This document shows positions 40,020 through 49,129 of a DNA stretch of 64,000 nt, one piece after another. A program made the translations under genes and the position numbers. Origin of the DNA: Candidatus Aenigmatarchaeota archaeon (GTDB lineage: Archaea > Aenigmatarchaeota > Aenigmatarchaeia > CG10238-14 > SCSR01). The stretch is from positions 9,684 to 73,683 of the forward strand of contig JAVZGQ010000001.1 in the NCBI GenBank assembly GCA_038998585.1, in the 5' to 3' direction. A model generated the notes under the pieces. It was given only the letters and a program-made list of their open reading frames with translations. It was not told the DNA's origin and ran no database searches. The number at the start of each line of letters is the position of its first letter. The stretch's first letter is position 1.

Positions 40020-40511
40020 ATGGATGTAGCAATTAAATTCGTATACTTATTAAAAAATATGGGAATTAATTTCGCTTCAGGTGTTCCTTGCGCTGTTCAA
40101 AAAGAAATAATTAAATATCTTTCAAATGATCCGGATATCATTCATATTCCAGCTACAAGAGAAGAAGAGGCAATAGGTATAACGGCAGGCGCATATTTGG
40201 GAGGAAAAAAACCTGTGTTTTATATGCAAAACTCAGGGCTTGGAAATTCTATAAATGCTATTACCTCATTATTAATAGCTTACAAAATTCCAGTCTTACT
40301 TTTAATTACATGGAGAGGATGTCCTGGAGAAGATGCACCACAACACTTACCTATGGGGGAAGCTACTCCAATGATTTTAAATAGTCTAAAAATACCCTTT
40401 CAAGTTATTACTAAAGAAAACATGGAAAAAGTAGTTTCCTTATCATTTGAATATATGAAAAAAAATTCATTACCTGTGGCTATTCTTTTTATAAGAGGCT
40501 TCTCTTTATGA
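40020..40511 (+). CDS. Sulfopyruvate/phosphonopyruvate decarboxylase alpha subunit (ComD-like)
   Basis: GVPC, REEEAIG..AGA.LGG, MQNSGLGN, WRG.PGE. Confidence 0.88.
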   Translation: MDVAIKFVYLLKNMGINFASGVPCAVQKEIIKYLSNDPDIIHIPATREEEAIGITAGAYLGGKKPVFYMQNSGLGNSINAITSLLIAYKIPVLLLITWRGCPGEDAPQHLPMGEATPMILNSLKIPFQVITKENMEKVVSLSFEYMKKNSLPVAILFIRGFSL

Positions 40512-41074
40512 AAAGAGAAGATGCAGTCAAGTTAATATCTAAGGTATTGAAAGATAGGGAAAATGTTACAATAATTTCTTCTACAGGATTGATAAGTAGA
40601 GAATTATTTAGAATAAACGATAGTCCTCAAAATTTTTATATGACCGGATCTATGGGATTGGCATCTTCGATAGGATTGGGTTTAGCAATAGCACATACTA
40701 ATAGAAAAATCATTATCATCGAAGGAGACGGAAGTTTATTAATGAACATGGGTTCACTTGCAACAATTGGACACATTTCACCTAAAAATTTAATTCACAT
40801 TGTTTTAGATAACAATTCTTATGAGTCTAGTGGCGGTGAATGTACTGTTTCTAACACGGCTAACCTTGATAGTGTAGCAAAAATAGTTGGATATAAAAAT
40901 ACAGCAAAAGTTATTTGTGAAAAAGAATTAGAAAAAACTTTGATAGAATCACTTGATATAGATGGTCCTACATTTATACTTGTTAAAATCGAAAAAAGTG
41001 ATAAAAAAGATTTACCTAGAATACTAAATTTGGTGGAAATAAAAAATCGATTTATGAAATATTTATCTTCTTAG
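40508..41074 (+). CDS. Sulfopyruvate/phosphonopyruvate decarboxylase beta subunit (ComE-like, ThDP-binding)
   Basis: SREL, FYM.GSMGLASSIGLG, GDGSLLMN, LDN. Confidence 0.88.
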   Translation: MKREDAVKLISKVLKDRENVTIISSTGLISRELFRINDSPQNFYMTGSMGLASSIGLGLAIAHTNRKIIIIEGDGSLLMNMGSLATIGHISPKNLIHIVLDNNSYESSGGECTVSNTANLDSVAKIVGYKNTAKVICEKELEKTLIESLDIDGPTFILVKIEKSDKKDLPRILNLVEIKNRFMKYLSS

Positions 41075-41727
41075 TACTTTTTTTGTCCTAACAAGCAATA
41101 ATAGTTTTCTGAATCTACCCAAAAGTCTACAACATCAAAATTTTTGAACACATCTAGCAAAATCTTTTTGTTGAATCTATAATGCGGCATATTTTTTTCT
41201 GGACCACCTAAAATTACATAAGTTCGAGGCCCAATCCATTTGATTCCATAGAGTTTTTCCTTCGGTATATATTTTTTAGATAGATGTTTATGCACAGTTA
41301 TAAAAATGAAGCCTTTTGGTTTTAGAATTCTTTCCATTTCTCTTACACATCTCTTTATCCATCTAATTCTCCCATGATTAAGAGTTCTAATACTTATTAT
41401 TGCATCAAAAAAATCAGTTAGATAGGGCAATTTCTTGTATATGTCACCAATTTGTAAATTAGCCTTTAATTTCTCTTTTTTAAGCCATTCTTTTGCTATT
41501 TTTATACCATAATAAGCTATGTCAATCCCGTAAGCTTCAAAACCATTTTTGAGTAGATAGATTAAGTGTCTTCCAGAACCACAACCTAAATCTAGTACTC
41601 TTTTAACTTTATGTTTTTTAAAAAAATTTACAACCTTTGGTATATCTTCTTGTGGGGTTCTAAATATTTTCCCTTTTTCTTTAAAAATTTTATTCCAAGC
41701 ATTTTTATTTAATTTTTCCATTTTCAA
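41071..41727 (-). CDS. Class I SAM-dependent methyltransferase
   Basis: VLDLGCGSGRH, GIDI, FDAII, LKPKG. Confidence 0.88.
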   Translation of the reverse strand: MKMEKLNKNAWNKIFKEKGKIFRTPQEDIPKVVNFFKKHKVKRVLDLGCGSGRHLIYLLKNGFEAYGIDIAYYGIKIAKEWLKKEKLKANLQIGDIYKKLPYLTDFFDAIISIRTLNHGRIRWIKRCVREMERILKPKGFIFITVHKHLSKKYIPKEKLYGIKWIGPRTYVILGGPEKNMPHYRFNKKILLDVFKNFDVVDFWVDSENYYCLLGQKKY

Positions 41728-41740
41728 AATATTTTTTATC

Positions 41741-42193
41741 TCAAACTTTATAAACTTTACCTTTTTTGAAATAATATGTTTTTTTATCTGCAGTTAAAAT
41801 ACCAACAAGAATAATACCCTTTATATACGATCCTAAAAGAGCAGCATGATATCTCACACCCTGAGATTTATTGATTTTTATTTTTCGTATAGGGGGCACA
41901 AAATATTGTGATACATGTGTAAGATCTCCGGTTTCATTAATAAAATGAAACCCATCGTGGAGAGTGTTATTTTTTCTTGAAATCTTTAAAAGAAAATCTA
42001 TTGCTGAAGAGTTTTTTATGTTTATCTTATTTTTTGGTAATTTATACATTGGTCGCAAACTAAAATGTGGTATGTTTGAGAAATATCTCGAGTTATATAA
42101 TATTAGTCCCATCCCTGAAAAGTTGTTTATTTCCTTTGATTTTAATTTTATTTCCTTGAGTAATTTTATAAACAGATTAATTATAAATCTCAT
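41741..42193 (-). CDS. Divergent diadenylate-cyclase (DAC/DisA_N)-like protein
   Basis: LHDGF and GVRYHAA correspond to the DAC DGA and RHR motifs. Confidence 0.6.
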   Translation of the reverse strand: MRFIINLFIKLLKEIKLKSKEINNFSGMGLILYNSRYFSNIPHFSLRPMYKLPKNKINIKNSSAIDFLLKISRKNNTLHDGFHFINETGDLTHVSQYFVPPIRKIKINKSQGVRYHAALLGSYIKGIILVGILTADKKTYYFKKGKVYKV

Positions 42194-42245
42194 GGTACTT
42201 TATGCTATAATAATGTTTTTGTATTTATTTTTATTATAACAAATT

Positions 42246-43322
42246 GTGTTAAAAAACATAGCACATGCTAAAGAACTTTCAAAAAAATTTAAAATCCCAG
42301 TAGAGGATATTTTACTTATTGCTCTTAACTGTTCAGGTATTAACACAAACCTACCTTTTAAAAGAATCAGATTTAGATTAAGGTTAAATAGTATTCCTTC
42401 AGAAGAATTTTATCTTGGTTTGCCTGTTCATTCAGATTCACCATTTTACTTGTCACAAGAAAAATCTCAATTATTTTTCAATAATAATTTAATTGGCTTT
42501 GTAAATGAAGTAGAAAATGATACTTGTGATTCGACTTATTTTAGAAGAAATAAAACCTACTTAACACTAAACTCAAATTCAAGAAGCAAATGTTATGGAT
42601 GTAAGTTTTGTGGGGTGATTAATCAAGACCCTAACGATGAATATAACTTAATAACTAAAAGCAGGCTCATTAATTTTCTTAAAAAATTTTTGAAGAGCAA
42701 CAACCTAAAAGATTTTTCTCATTTAGTAGGAGTTGGTATTTGTACAGGTTGTTTTGAAAATGAAGAAAAAACTCTAGAGCATATACTGCTAGTAAGGAAA
42801 GTTATGAGAAAATTTAAATTTGATAAGGAGTTAATCTACATTGGTTCTCAAATCACATCTAGAAGTAGTTTAGATATAATTAAAGAAAATGCAACTCCAT
42901 TTTCACTATCTCTTGCTTTAGAATGTTTTATGAGGCGTAAAGAGTTATTAAAATCAATTAAATCTAAAATAACTTTAAGGATGGGTAGAAAAATCCTTAA
43001 GGAATCTATAGAAAGGGGTTTTTATTCTACAATATTTTATATTATAGGCTTAGACTCACTAGAAGTAGTTATTAAAGAGTTTGAAAAATTTTTACCATAC
43101 ATGAATAGGTTCCCAGTGATAAATCTATTTCAACCTTACACTTCATACCAAAAAAATTTAAGGGATCCTGATGCTTGGAGCATTGAATATTATTTAGAAA
43201 TTCGGAAGAAATTAGAAGAATTATTTCTTCCCACATCTCTTAGACCAAGACCTTGGGAAAATTATAGACCTTTATGGTATCTAACATTTGGAAACGAACG
43301 TATAAACGACATAAGAATATAA
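42246..43322 (+). CDS. Radical-SAM-like Fe-S protein
   Basis: CYGCKFC motif plus TIM-barrel-like downstream region (CTGCF, LECF, YIIGLD). Confidence 0.65.
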   Translation: MLKNIAHAKELSKKFKIPVEDILLIALNCSGINTNLPFKRIRFRLRLNSIPSEEFYLGLPVHSDSPFYLSQEKSQLFFNNNLIGFVNEVENDTCDSTYFRRNKTYLTLNSNSRSKCYGCKFCGVINQDPNDEYNLITKSRLINFLKKFLKSNNLKDFSHLVGVGICTGCFENEEKTLEHILLVRKVMRKFKFDKELIYIGSQITSRSSLDIIKENATPFSLSLALECFMRRKELLKSIKSKITLRMGRKILKESIERGFYSTIFYIIGLDSLEVVIKEFEKFLPYMNRFPVINLFQPYTSYQKNLRDPDAWSIEYYLEIRKKLEELFLPTSLRPRPWENYRPLWYLTFGNERINDIRI

Positions 43323-43336
43323 CACCGAGTGATTAA

Positions 43337-43954
43337 ATGGGTAGGGACTTTTTACAAAAAACAATTAATGAATTATTTGAGTTATGGACTAGTAACTTGG
43401 ATACAAAAAGAAGTAGAATTAATATTTTTGAAAAAATAAGAGACATGCCTTTTGAAGTAATGCCCAATATATCTTTAGATTATGAAAAAAGTATAGAGTC
43501 AATTCTTGTTTATAAAAAGGGTTCTTGTACTTCAAAACACTTTCTTTTAGGAGAGTTATACAAAAGATTATACATTCCAATTAAATATGTGACGTATGTA
43601 TTTTACTGGTATGACTTAGAAGTTTCATATCCAATTAAATTAAAAAAACTTGCCTCAAAATTACCAGAACAGTATCACCTTGCATGTATAGCATATATTG
43701 AAGAGCGAAATGTGCTAATCGATGCTACATGGGACTTAGCTTTAAAGAAAGTAGGTTTTACTGTAAATGAGCAGTGGGATGGTATAAATGATACATTAAA
43801 TTCAATCAAACCTATAGATATGATTGTTCATGATACTCCAGAAGAAAGAATAGATTATCTTAAAGCAAAAATAAAAAATAATACAAACCCCTTGATTAGT
43901 AAATTTTATTGTGAGCTGAATAGATGGTTAAATGAAATTAGAAGTGGTAAGTAA
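43337..43954 (+). CDS. Transglutaminase-like cysteine protein
   Basis: KGSCTSKH, YHLAC, IDATWD catalytic triad. Confidence 0.75.
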   Translation: MGRDFLQKTINELFELWTSNLDTKRSRINIFEKIRDMPFEVMPNISLDYEKSIESILVYKKGSCTSKHFLLGELYKRLYIPIKYVTYVFYWYDLEVSYPIKLKKLASKLPEQYHLACIAYIEERNVLIDATWDLALKKVGFTVNEQWDGINDTLNSIKPIDMIVHDTPEERIDYLKAKIKNNTNPLISKFYCELNRWLNEIRSGK

Positions 43955-44173
43955 AACTGGTTTTATGAACAATATTTGTAATTTGTATCCGTAGACTCTG
44001 TTTATTAAAATTTAAAGTATATTCTTTTACTCCCGGGAATATATTTAAAGTATGGGTTAGATTAAAATATTTTTGACTACGATTATGTAATTAGAAACCC
44101 CTTTAACAACTATATATTTTAGAGCTATAATCAAAAAAGTTTGAAATATTTGTCCTAAAAGTTTTCTAAAAAT

Positions 44174-44336
44174 TTAAAAAAAACATAAATATTTTTCTAT
44201 CCTTCTTTTTGAATAGTTGTTCGCTTCAAGCTTTCTCCAAAACTCTAACACACTTTCATAAGTTTTGACATCTATTTGTCTGAGAACCTCTAAGTTTGAT
44301 TTGATTCTGTGTTCTCGAGTATACAGGATCTTCCAT
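44174..44336 (-). pseudogene. Frameshifted N-terminus of an archaeal tyrosine integrase
   Basis: ATG at 44336 is out of frame with LYTREHRIKSNLE...LEANNYSKRRIEKYL; lies directly downstream of tRNA-Asn. Confidence 0.55.
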
Positions 44337-44395
44337 GTTTTTAGCCTTATTCTACTTGCTAATAAATGCCAAAATGGGAATTGAAGAAATAAGCA

Positions 44396-44500
44396 CGCCC
44401 TCGGTGGGATTTGAACCCACGACCTACCGGTTAACAGCCTCACCTTCCTTCTGGAATCGGGTGCTCTACCACTGAGCTTCCCCCGTATAACTACGAGGGC
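44396..44500 (-). tRNA. tRNA-Asn(GUU) with two introns: 14 nt at 8/9 (44479-44492) and 19 nt at 30/31 (44439-44457)
   Basis: Spliced GCCCTCGTAGCTCAGTGGTAGAGCACCCGGCTGTTAACCGGTAGGTC...; both introns fold as BHB. Confidence 0.88.
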
Positions 44501-44569
44501 TCTCTCGAGGGCCCAACTAAATTAATATCTTATTTTTATTATATCTTATTTTCTTACATATTTTCAACT

Positions 44570-45856
44570 TCAGGGATACACTCTGTTTACTAGTCTTGGA
44601 AAAGCAATCGCATCCCTTATATGTTTGAGCTTACAAATCCACATCACAAATCTTTCAATTCCCAAACCAAACCCTGCATGTCGAACAGAGCCATATTTTC
44701 TCAAGTCCAAATACCATTTATAGGCAGAGACGTCGAGCTTCTCCTCTTCTATCCTTTTCATCAACTCTTCAAAACTTTCAATCCTTTCCCCAGAACCAAT
44801 TATTTCTCCATAGCCTTCTGGAGCCAGCATATCAACACTTAAAGTTACATTTGGGTTTTGTGGATCAGGTTTGTGATAGAATGCCTTTATTCCCTTTGGG
44901 AAATGTGTGACAAAAAAAGGAGTTTTAAACTCAAGTGCTAAAACTTTTTCTTCATCTGCCCCGAGATCATCCCCATATTTTACCTTCACCCCTTTTTCTT
45001 GCAGAATTTTTATCGCTTCTTCATATTTTATTCTTGGGAAAGGGGGCACCATCTTCAAAAAATCTTCAGGATTTCTTCCCAATTCTTTCAACTCAATTTC
45101 ACACTCTCTAGCAACTTTTTGTAAGATATGGACCACCAATTCTTCTTCAATCTTTACTAATTCTTCAAAGCCACAAAAAGGCATCTCAGCCTCAAGATGC
45201 CAGAATTCTGTTAAATGTCTTCTCGTCCTAGACTTCTCTGCCCTGAATGATGGAGCTATCGTGTAACATCTTCCAAAACCAAAAATCATTGCTTCTCCAT
45301 ACAATTGCCAAGACTGGGTCAAGTAGGCTTTAGAATCAAAGTACTTTAGTTCAAACAAGGTTGACCCACCTTCGCAAGCAGCCCCAACTATTATCGGCAC
45401 CTGGACTTCCAGGTAGCCATGCTCTTTAAACCATTCTCTTGCAGCTTCTAAGACTTTGGCCCTAATTTTTATTATTCTGTTCATCTTCTTACTTCTTATC
45501 CAAAAATGACGGTTGTCTAATAGAAATTCAGGACCATGATATTTTTTTCCAATCGGGAAATCTTCCATTGCTCTACTCAAAACTTTAACTTTTTCCACTA
45601 CTATTTCGTATCCATAGGGTGCTCTTTGATCTTTCTTTACTTTACCAAAAATTTCTATCGCAGATTCCAGGGGCAATTTTTCAATTTCATCAAAAGTTTT
45701 TTCATCTAACTGATCTTTCTTTAAAGTGCATTGGATGAAGCCTGTACCATCTCTTACTATCAAGAATAGAATACCGCCTGAGCTACGTTTGTTGTGAAGC
45801 CAACCTTTAATTTCAACTTCCCCTTCCAATTTCTTAAATATCTCAGCTATATCCAT
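44570..45856 (-). CDS. asnS: Asparaginyl-tRNA synthetase
   Basis: RDGTG.IQ, LTQSWQLY.E, FRAEKSRTRRHLTEFW, GEIIG.GER. Confidence 0.93.
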   Translation of the reverse strand: MDIAEIFKKLEGEVEIKGWLHNKRSSGGILFLIVRDGTGFIQCTLKKDQLDEKTFDEIEKLPLESAIEIFGKVKKDQRAPYGYEIVVEKVKVLSRAMEDFPIGKKYHGPEFLLDNRHFWIRSKKMNRIIKIRAKVLEAAREWFKEHGYLEVQVPIIVGAACEGGSTLFELKYFDSKAYLTQSWQLYGEAMIFGFGRCYTIAPSFRAEKSRTRRHLTEFWHLEAEMPFCGFEELVKIEEELVVHILQKVARECEIELKELGRNPEDFLKMVPPFPRIKYEEAIKILQEKGVKVKYGDDLGADEEKVLALEFKTPFFVTHFPKGIKAFYHKPDPQNPNVTLSVDMLAPEGYGEIIGSGERIESFEELMKRIEEEKLDVSAYKWYLDLRKYGSVRHAGFGLGIERFVMWICKLKHIRDAIAFPRLVNRVYP

Positions 45857-45890
45857 ATAATCACATATTTTATTTTATAAAAATAAAATA

Positions 45891-45963
45891 CTGCGGCGGG
45901 GAGAATCGAACTCCCATCACCAGGTTAACAGCCTGGTATGCTAGCCTTTAGCACCACGCCGCT
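45891..45963 (-). tRNA. Atypical intron-less tRNA with GUU (Asn) anticodon, Gln-like body and A1-A72 mismatch
   Basis: AGCGGCG-TG-GTGC..GCAT-A-CCAGG-CT-GTT-AA-CCTGG-TGAT-GGGAG-TTCGATT-CTCCC-CGCCGCA-G. Confidence 0.8.
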
Positions 45964-46121
45964 ATAGCTCAAGCTAGGAATAAAAACAAATTCAAGGATT
46001 TTTTTATTTTGATAAAAACTGACCAAAAATTAGAACAAGTCTCGCTAAATATCGTTTTGGCAATCACCCTTCACTTTACCACCTTATAATTTTTCCCTCT
46101 TTTGTATTTAAATAATTAGCT

Positions 46122-47108
46122 CTATGGCGAAACGATTCCGGGAACTTTAGGGAAAGGAACAGCTTCCCAAATTTTTTCTATACCACAAACCCATCTTGTC
46201 AGTCTTTCCACACCAATTCCAAATCCAGAAGATGGTGGTATACCGGCCTTCAACATACCTAAATACCATTTGTACTTCTTGGGGTTTTCTCCAGTTTTTT
46301 TCATTCTTTCAACAACTTTTTGATATTCGTGTTCTCTTTCCCCTCCAGAAATAACTTCACCAAAGCCTTCTGGTAAAATCAAGTCAAAATCCCTCAATCT
46401 TTTCGTTTTTGGATCTTCAAGATAATAGAATCCTCTTGCCTTAAGAGGATAGTCGGTTATCCAGAATGGCTCAGAGTTTTGAGCTGAAAGAGCTTCTTCA
46501 GCCTCCCAAGGAATTTCTTCTTCGTCTCCCATCTTGAACCCAAGCTTCCTCACCGCCTCTACTGCTTGATGGTGAGTTAATCTTTTGAAAGGAGTTTTAG
46601 GAATTTTTATATTCCTGTTGAAAATTTTCAGCTCTTTGAAACATTTTTTCTTCAGATCTTTTAATACATAAACAATCATTTTTTCTCCTAAATACATAGA
46701 ATCTTCATAAGTGGCGTAAGCTTCTTCCAAATCAATTTGCCTGAATTCGGCCAAATGTCTTCCCGTCTGTGCAGACTTAATGGGTTCAATCCTTATGTTT
46801 GGCGAAAGAGAAAAAATTTTGTTAATAGAGGAAATTGCCATCTGCTTGTATAAGATCATACTGCTCATGAGTCTAAATTTCTGTCCATAAAAATTTATCA
46901 TCACTTGTTTCGCACCCCTTATTCCTGGGTCAGTAGCAGGACCAATTATTGGGGCAAGAATTTCTATGAACCCATGTTTTCTTAAAAATTCTCTTATGGC
47001 TGTTAAAATTTCATCTTGAATTTTAAGCATTGCTACCATTTTAGGATGTTTTAAAGTTATGTATCTATACTTGATTGAATCGAGTTTGTCAAGCTTCATA
47101 TTCATCAA
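46122..47108 (-). CDS. AsnRS-like asparagine synthetase (AS-AR; lacks anticodon-binding domain)
   Basis: TDPG, SMILYKQ, R.E....TGRHL.EF.Q.D.E, GEVISGGERE, GFGIGVERL; no OB fold. Confidence 0.85.
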   Translation of the reverse strand: MMNMKLDKLDSIKYRYITLKHPKMVAMLKIQDEILTAIREFLRKHGFIEILAPIIGPATDPGIRGAKQVMINFYGQKFRLMSSMILYKQMAISSINKIFSLSPNIRIEPIKSAQTGRHLAEFRQIDLEEAYATYEDSMYLGEKMIVYVLKDLKKKCFKELKIFNRNIKIPKTPFKRLTHHQAVEAVRKLGFKMGDEEEIPWEAEEALSAQNSEPFWITDYPLKARGFYYLEDPKTKRLRDFDLILPEGFGEVISGGEREHEYQKVVERMKKTGENPKKYKWYLGMLKAGIPPSSGFGIGVERLTRWVCGIEKIWEAVPFPKVPGIVSP

Positions 47109-47142
47109 ACTTTTTATATACTTAAGCTAATAAATTAAATTT

Positions 47143-47421
47143 ATGCAACAAAAGCTAAAAAAGGTTAAGGCATTTATATTGGCTTCTTTCACCTATACAC
47201 AAAAAGGAAAAATATTGGATCAAAAAGAAATCTTAAATCAGATTTCAAAATTCTCAGAAGTTGAAGAGGCTCATATCATAAGCGGGAATTGGGATATTTT
47301 GATAAAAGTAGCTATGAGTAGCGTGGATGAAATAGGAGAGTTTGTGGTTAACAAGCTTAGGAAGATAAAAGGAATAGAGAAAACAATAACCTGCATGGTC
47401 TTCCATACTGCAAAAGAGTGA
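47143..47421 (+). CDS. Lrp/AsnC ligand-binding (RAM) domain protein without HTH
   Basis: VEEAHIISG.WD.L.KV, LRKI.GI..T.T; divergent from the Asn synthetase. Confidence 0.85.
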   Translation: MQQKLKKVKAFILASFTYTQKGKILDQKEILNQISKFSEVEEAHIISGNWDILIKVAMSSVDEIGEFVVNKLRKIKGIEKTITCMVFHTAKE

Positions 47422-47423
47422 AT

Positions 47424-47729
47424 TTAAACTTCTTCTCCCACTTCTTCTGTAGTTTCTCCCACTTCTTCTGACATCTCAGGCACATTTATATGTTTGATTA
47501 TTACTATGTCGCCAACAGCCTGAACTACAGGATAAGGAACTATAACCCCCTTTTTACCTCCTAAAGTTTTACCTAAGAAGCCTTCCCTTGCGGCTTCTAC
47601 CACCAGGCTTCTTATTTTGAATCTCGCTAGGTCAAACTCGACATCAGAAACCCTACCACAGTAAAAGCCTTTTGCAGTGAAGACATCCTTACCGAATAAG
47701 TCAGCCACATCTCTGACATTGATTGGCAT
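47424..47729 (-). CDS. PRC-barrel protein (CdpB-like)
   Basis: L.GKDVFT.KG.Y.G.V.D, VPY..V.AVGDIVII. Confidence 0.82.
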   Translation of the reverse strand: MPINVRDVADLFGKDVFTAKGFYCGRVSDVEFDLARFKIRSLVVEAAREGFLGKTLGGKKGVIVPYPVVQAVGDIVIIKHINVPEMSEEVGETTEEVGEEV

Positions 47730-47795
47730 TTGTATTCCTCCTTAATAGAATTATGTTTTAATATTAAATAAACTTTTGTTTATAAATTAATTATT

Positions 47796-47894
47796 GCCTA
47801 GGTGGCCGAAATTTTAGTCGGTATTCCGGTCAAGGCGCCAGTCTGCTAAGCTGGTGGTCGAAAGACCGTGTGGGTTCAAATCCCACCCTAGGCG
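47796..47894 (+). tRNA. tRNA-Ser(GCU) with 14-nt D-loop intron (47811-47824, about 15/16)
   Basis: CCAGT-CT-GCT-AA-GCTGG, long variable arm; BHB helix GCCG/CGGT. Confidence 0.88.
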
Positions 47895-48243
47895 TGCCCA
47901 TTTATTCAATTCTCATTTTGGAAAATAGCTATTGTTTTAAAAATCTTTATTTGAATCTGATAAAAGAAAAATTGATGAAAACCAAAAGCATTAGAAAGTA
48001 TTTTCTTGAAAAGATGATTTGTAGATTAGTTTTTAAAAAATTACTTTCTGGTTACCTTTCTTTCTTGTCAAAAAGAACATGTATAATAAGAGAAAAGGTA
48101 AAAAATTAGAAAATCAGTTCTTTCAATGTTAGATCAAATATTCCTATAAAATAGATTTGGTTTGCGAAGAATAAAATGTTCTTTAGTTTTTGAGGAATGG
48201 AAAGGCTTAAATAATTAATTGTTTCTATTCTTACATAGATAAA

Positions 48244-49125
48244 ATGGTGAATAAGAAAACAAAGCATGCAAATTCCAATAAGAAAATACTCTCTTATGAA
48301 GATGAGATCTTAATTCCAATTACCTTAGAAGAAACCCCGTATGAAGCTTATATTTTAATTAAAAAGAGAGAGGATTTAGAAAAACCCTCTTCTAGGCAAG
48401 TGTATGTCCCTGCTATAATCCCCAAATACTATATGGGGGGAAAAGACTATGTTGTAGATGAAATTAAAAAAATTAATAAGCAGTTAAAAATTAATAATCG
48501 GTCAGTTCTAGAAAATAAACCTTCACAAGATCCACCAAACGAGCCTGAGTACAAGAAAACCATTTTGGATATTATAAATAAAAAAGGCAAAGAGATAAAA
48601 AGAGAGATTCAAAACGAGGTTCAAAATGCTTTAAAAGATCTTGAGAAGAAAATGGATGAGAAAATAAATTTAATCTTGGAAGAAATTAAAAAACAAAAAG
48701 TTTTAGAAGAGTCACAAAATTCTCTTAAATCTCAAACAGGAACACAACAATCTCAAGAAGAATTTGAAAAAATTGCATCAGAATATGTGGTTAGTAAAAA
48801 AATTATAGAGAGTGACGAGGATTTTAAGGAGTATTTGGATAAAACTAAAAAAATAATTGAAGATGTAAAAAGTGGAAAAATAGATATTAAAAAACTTTTA
48901 GAATATATGAGGAATAAAATTCCATGCTACGATTTTTCTGAGGTACAACCTTATATGCCCATAATAATCGCAGCTGTAAAGAATTCTATAGAGCTTAAAG
49001 AAGAAGAATCTGATATATATCCTAGTTTTTGTAATATCTTATATAATCTCTCAACTTCAGATGCTGAAAATTTTAAGAATTGTTCAGAACTTTACAAAAT
49101 ATGTAGTGAGGGAGAAGAAAATTAA
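48244..49125 (+). CDS. Hypothetical coiled-coil protein
   Basis: 293-aa K/E-rich ORF. Confidence 0.65.
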   Translation: MVNKKTKHANSNKKILSYEDEILIPITLEETPYEAYILIKKREDLEKPSSRQVYVPAIIPKYYMGGKDYVVDEIKKINKQLKINNRSVLENKPSQDPPNEPEYKKTILDIINKKGKEIKREIQNEVQNALKDLEKKMDEKINLILEEIKKQKVLEESQNSLKSQTGTQQSQEEFEKIASEYVVSKKIIESDEDFKEYLDKTKKIIEDVKSGKIDIKKLLEYMRNKIPCYDFSEVQPYMPIIIAAVKNSIELKEEESDIYPSFCNILYNLSTSDAENFKNCSELYKICSEGEEN

Positions 49126-49129
49126 AGAG

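Larger units (their letters stand above)
38940..44409. mobile_element. Degenerate genomic island integrated at the tRNA-Asn 3' end
   Basis: Direct repeats CACGCC(A/C)TCGGTGGGA at 38940-38955 and 44394-44409; integrase remnants; AT-richer cargo. Confidence 0.75.

Noticed and set aside
32444..47894. ORFs overlapping tRNA genes (32444-32665, 34397-34603, 34462-34707, 34470-34697, 47870-48109, 5' part of 44174-44443)
   Set aside because: Spurious frames running through tRNA sequence
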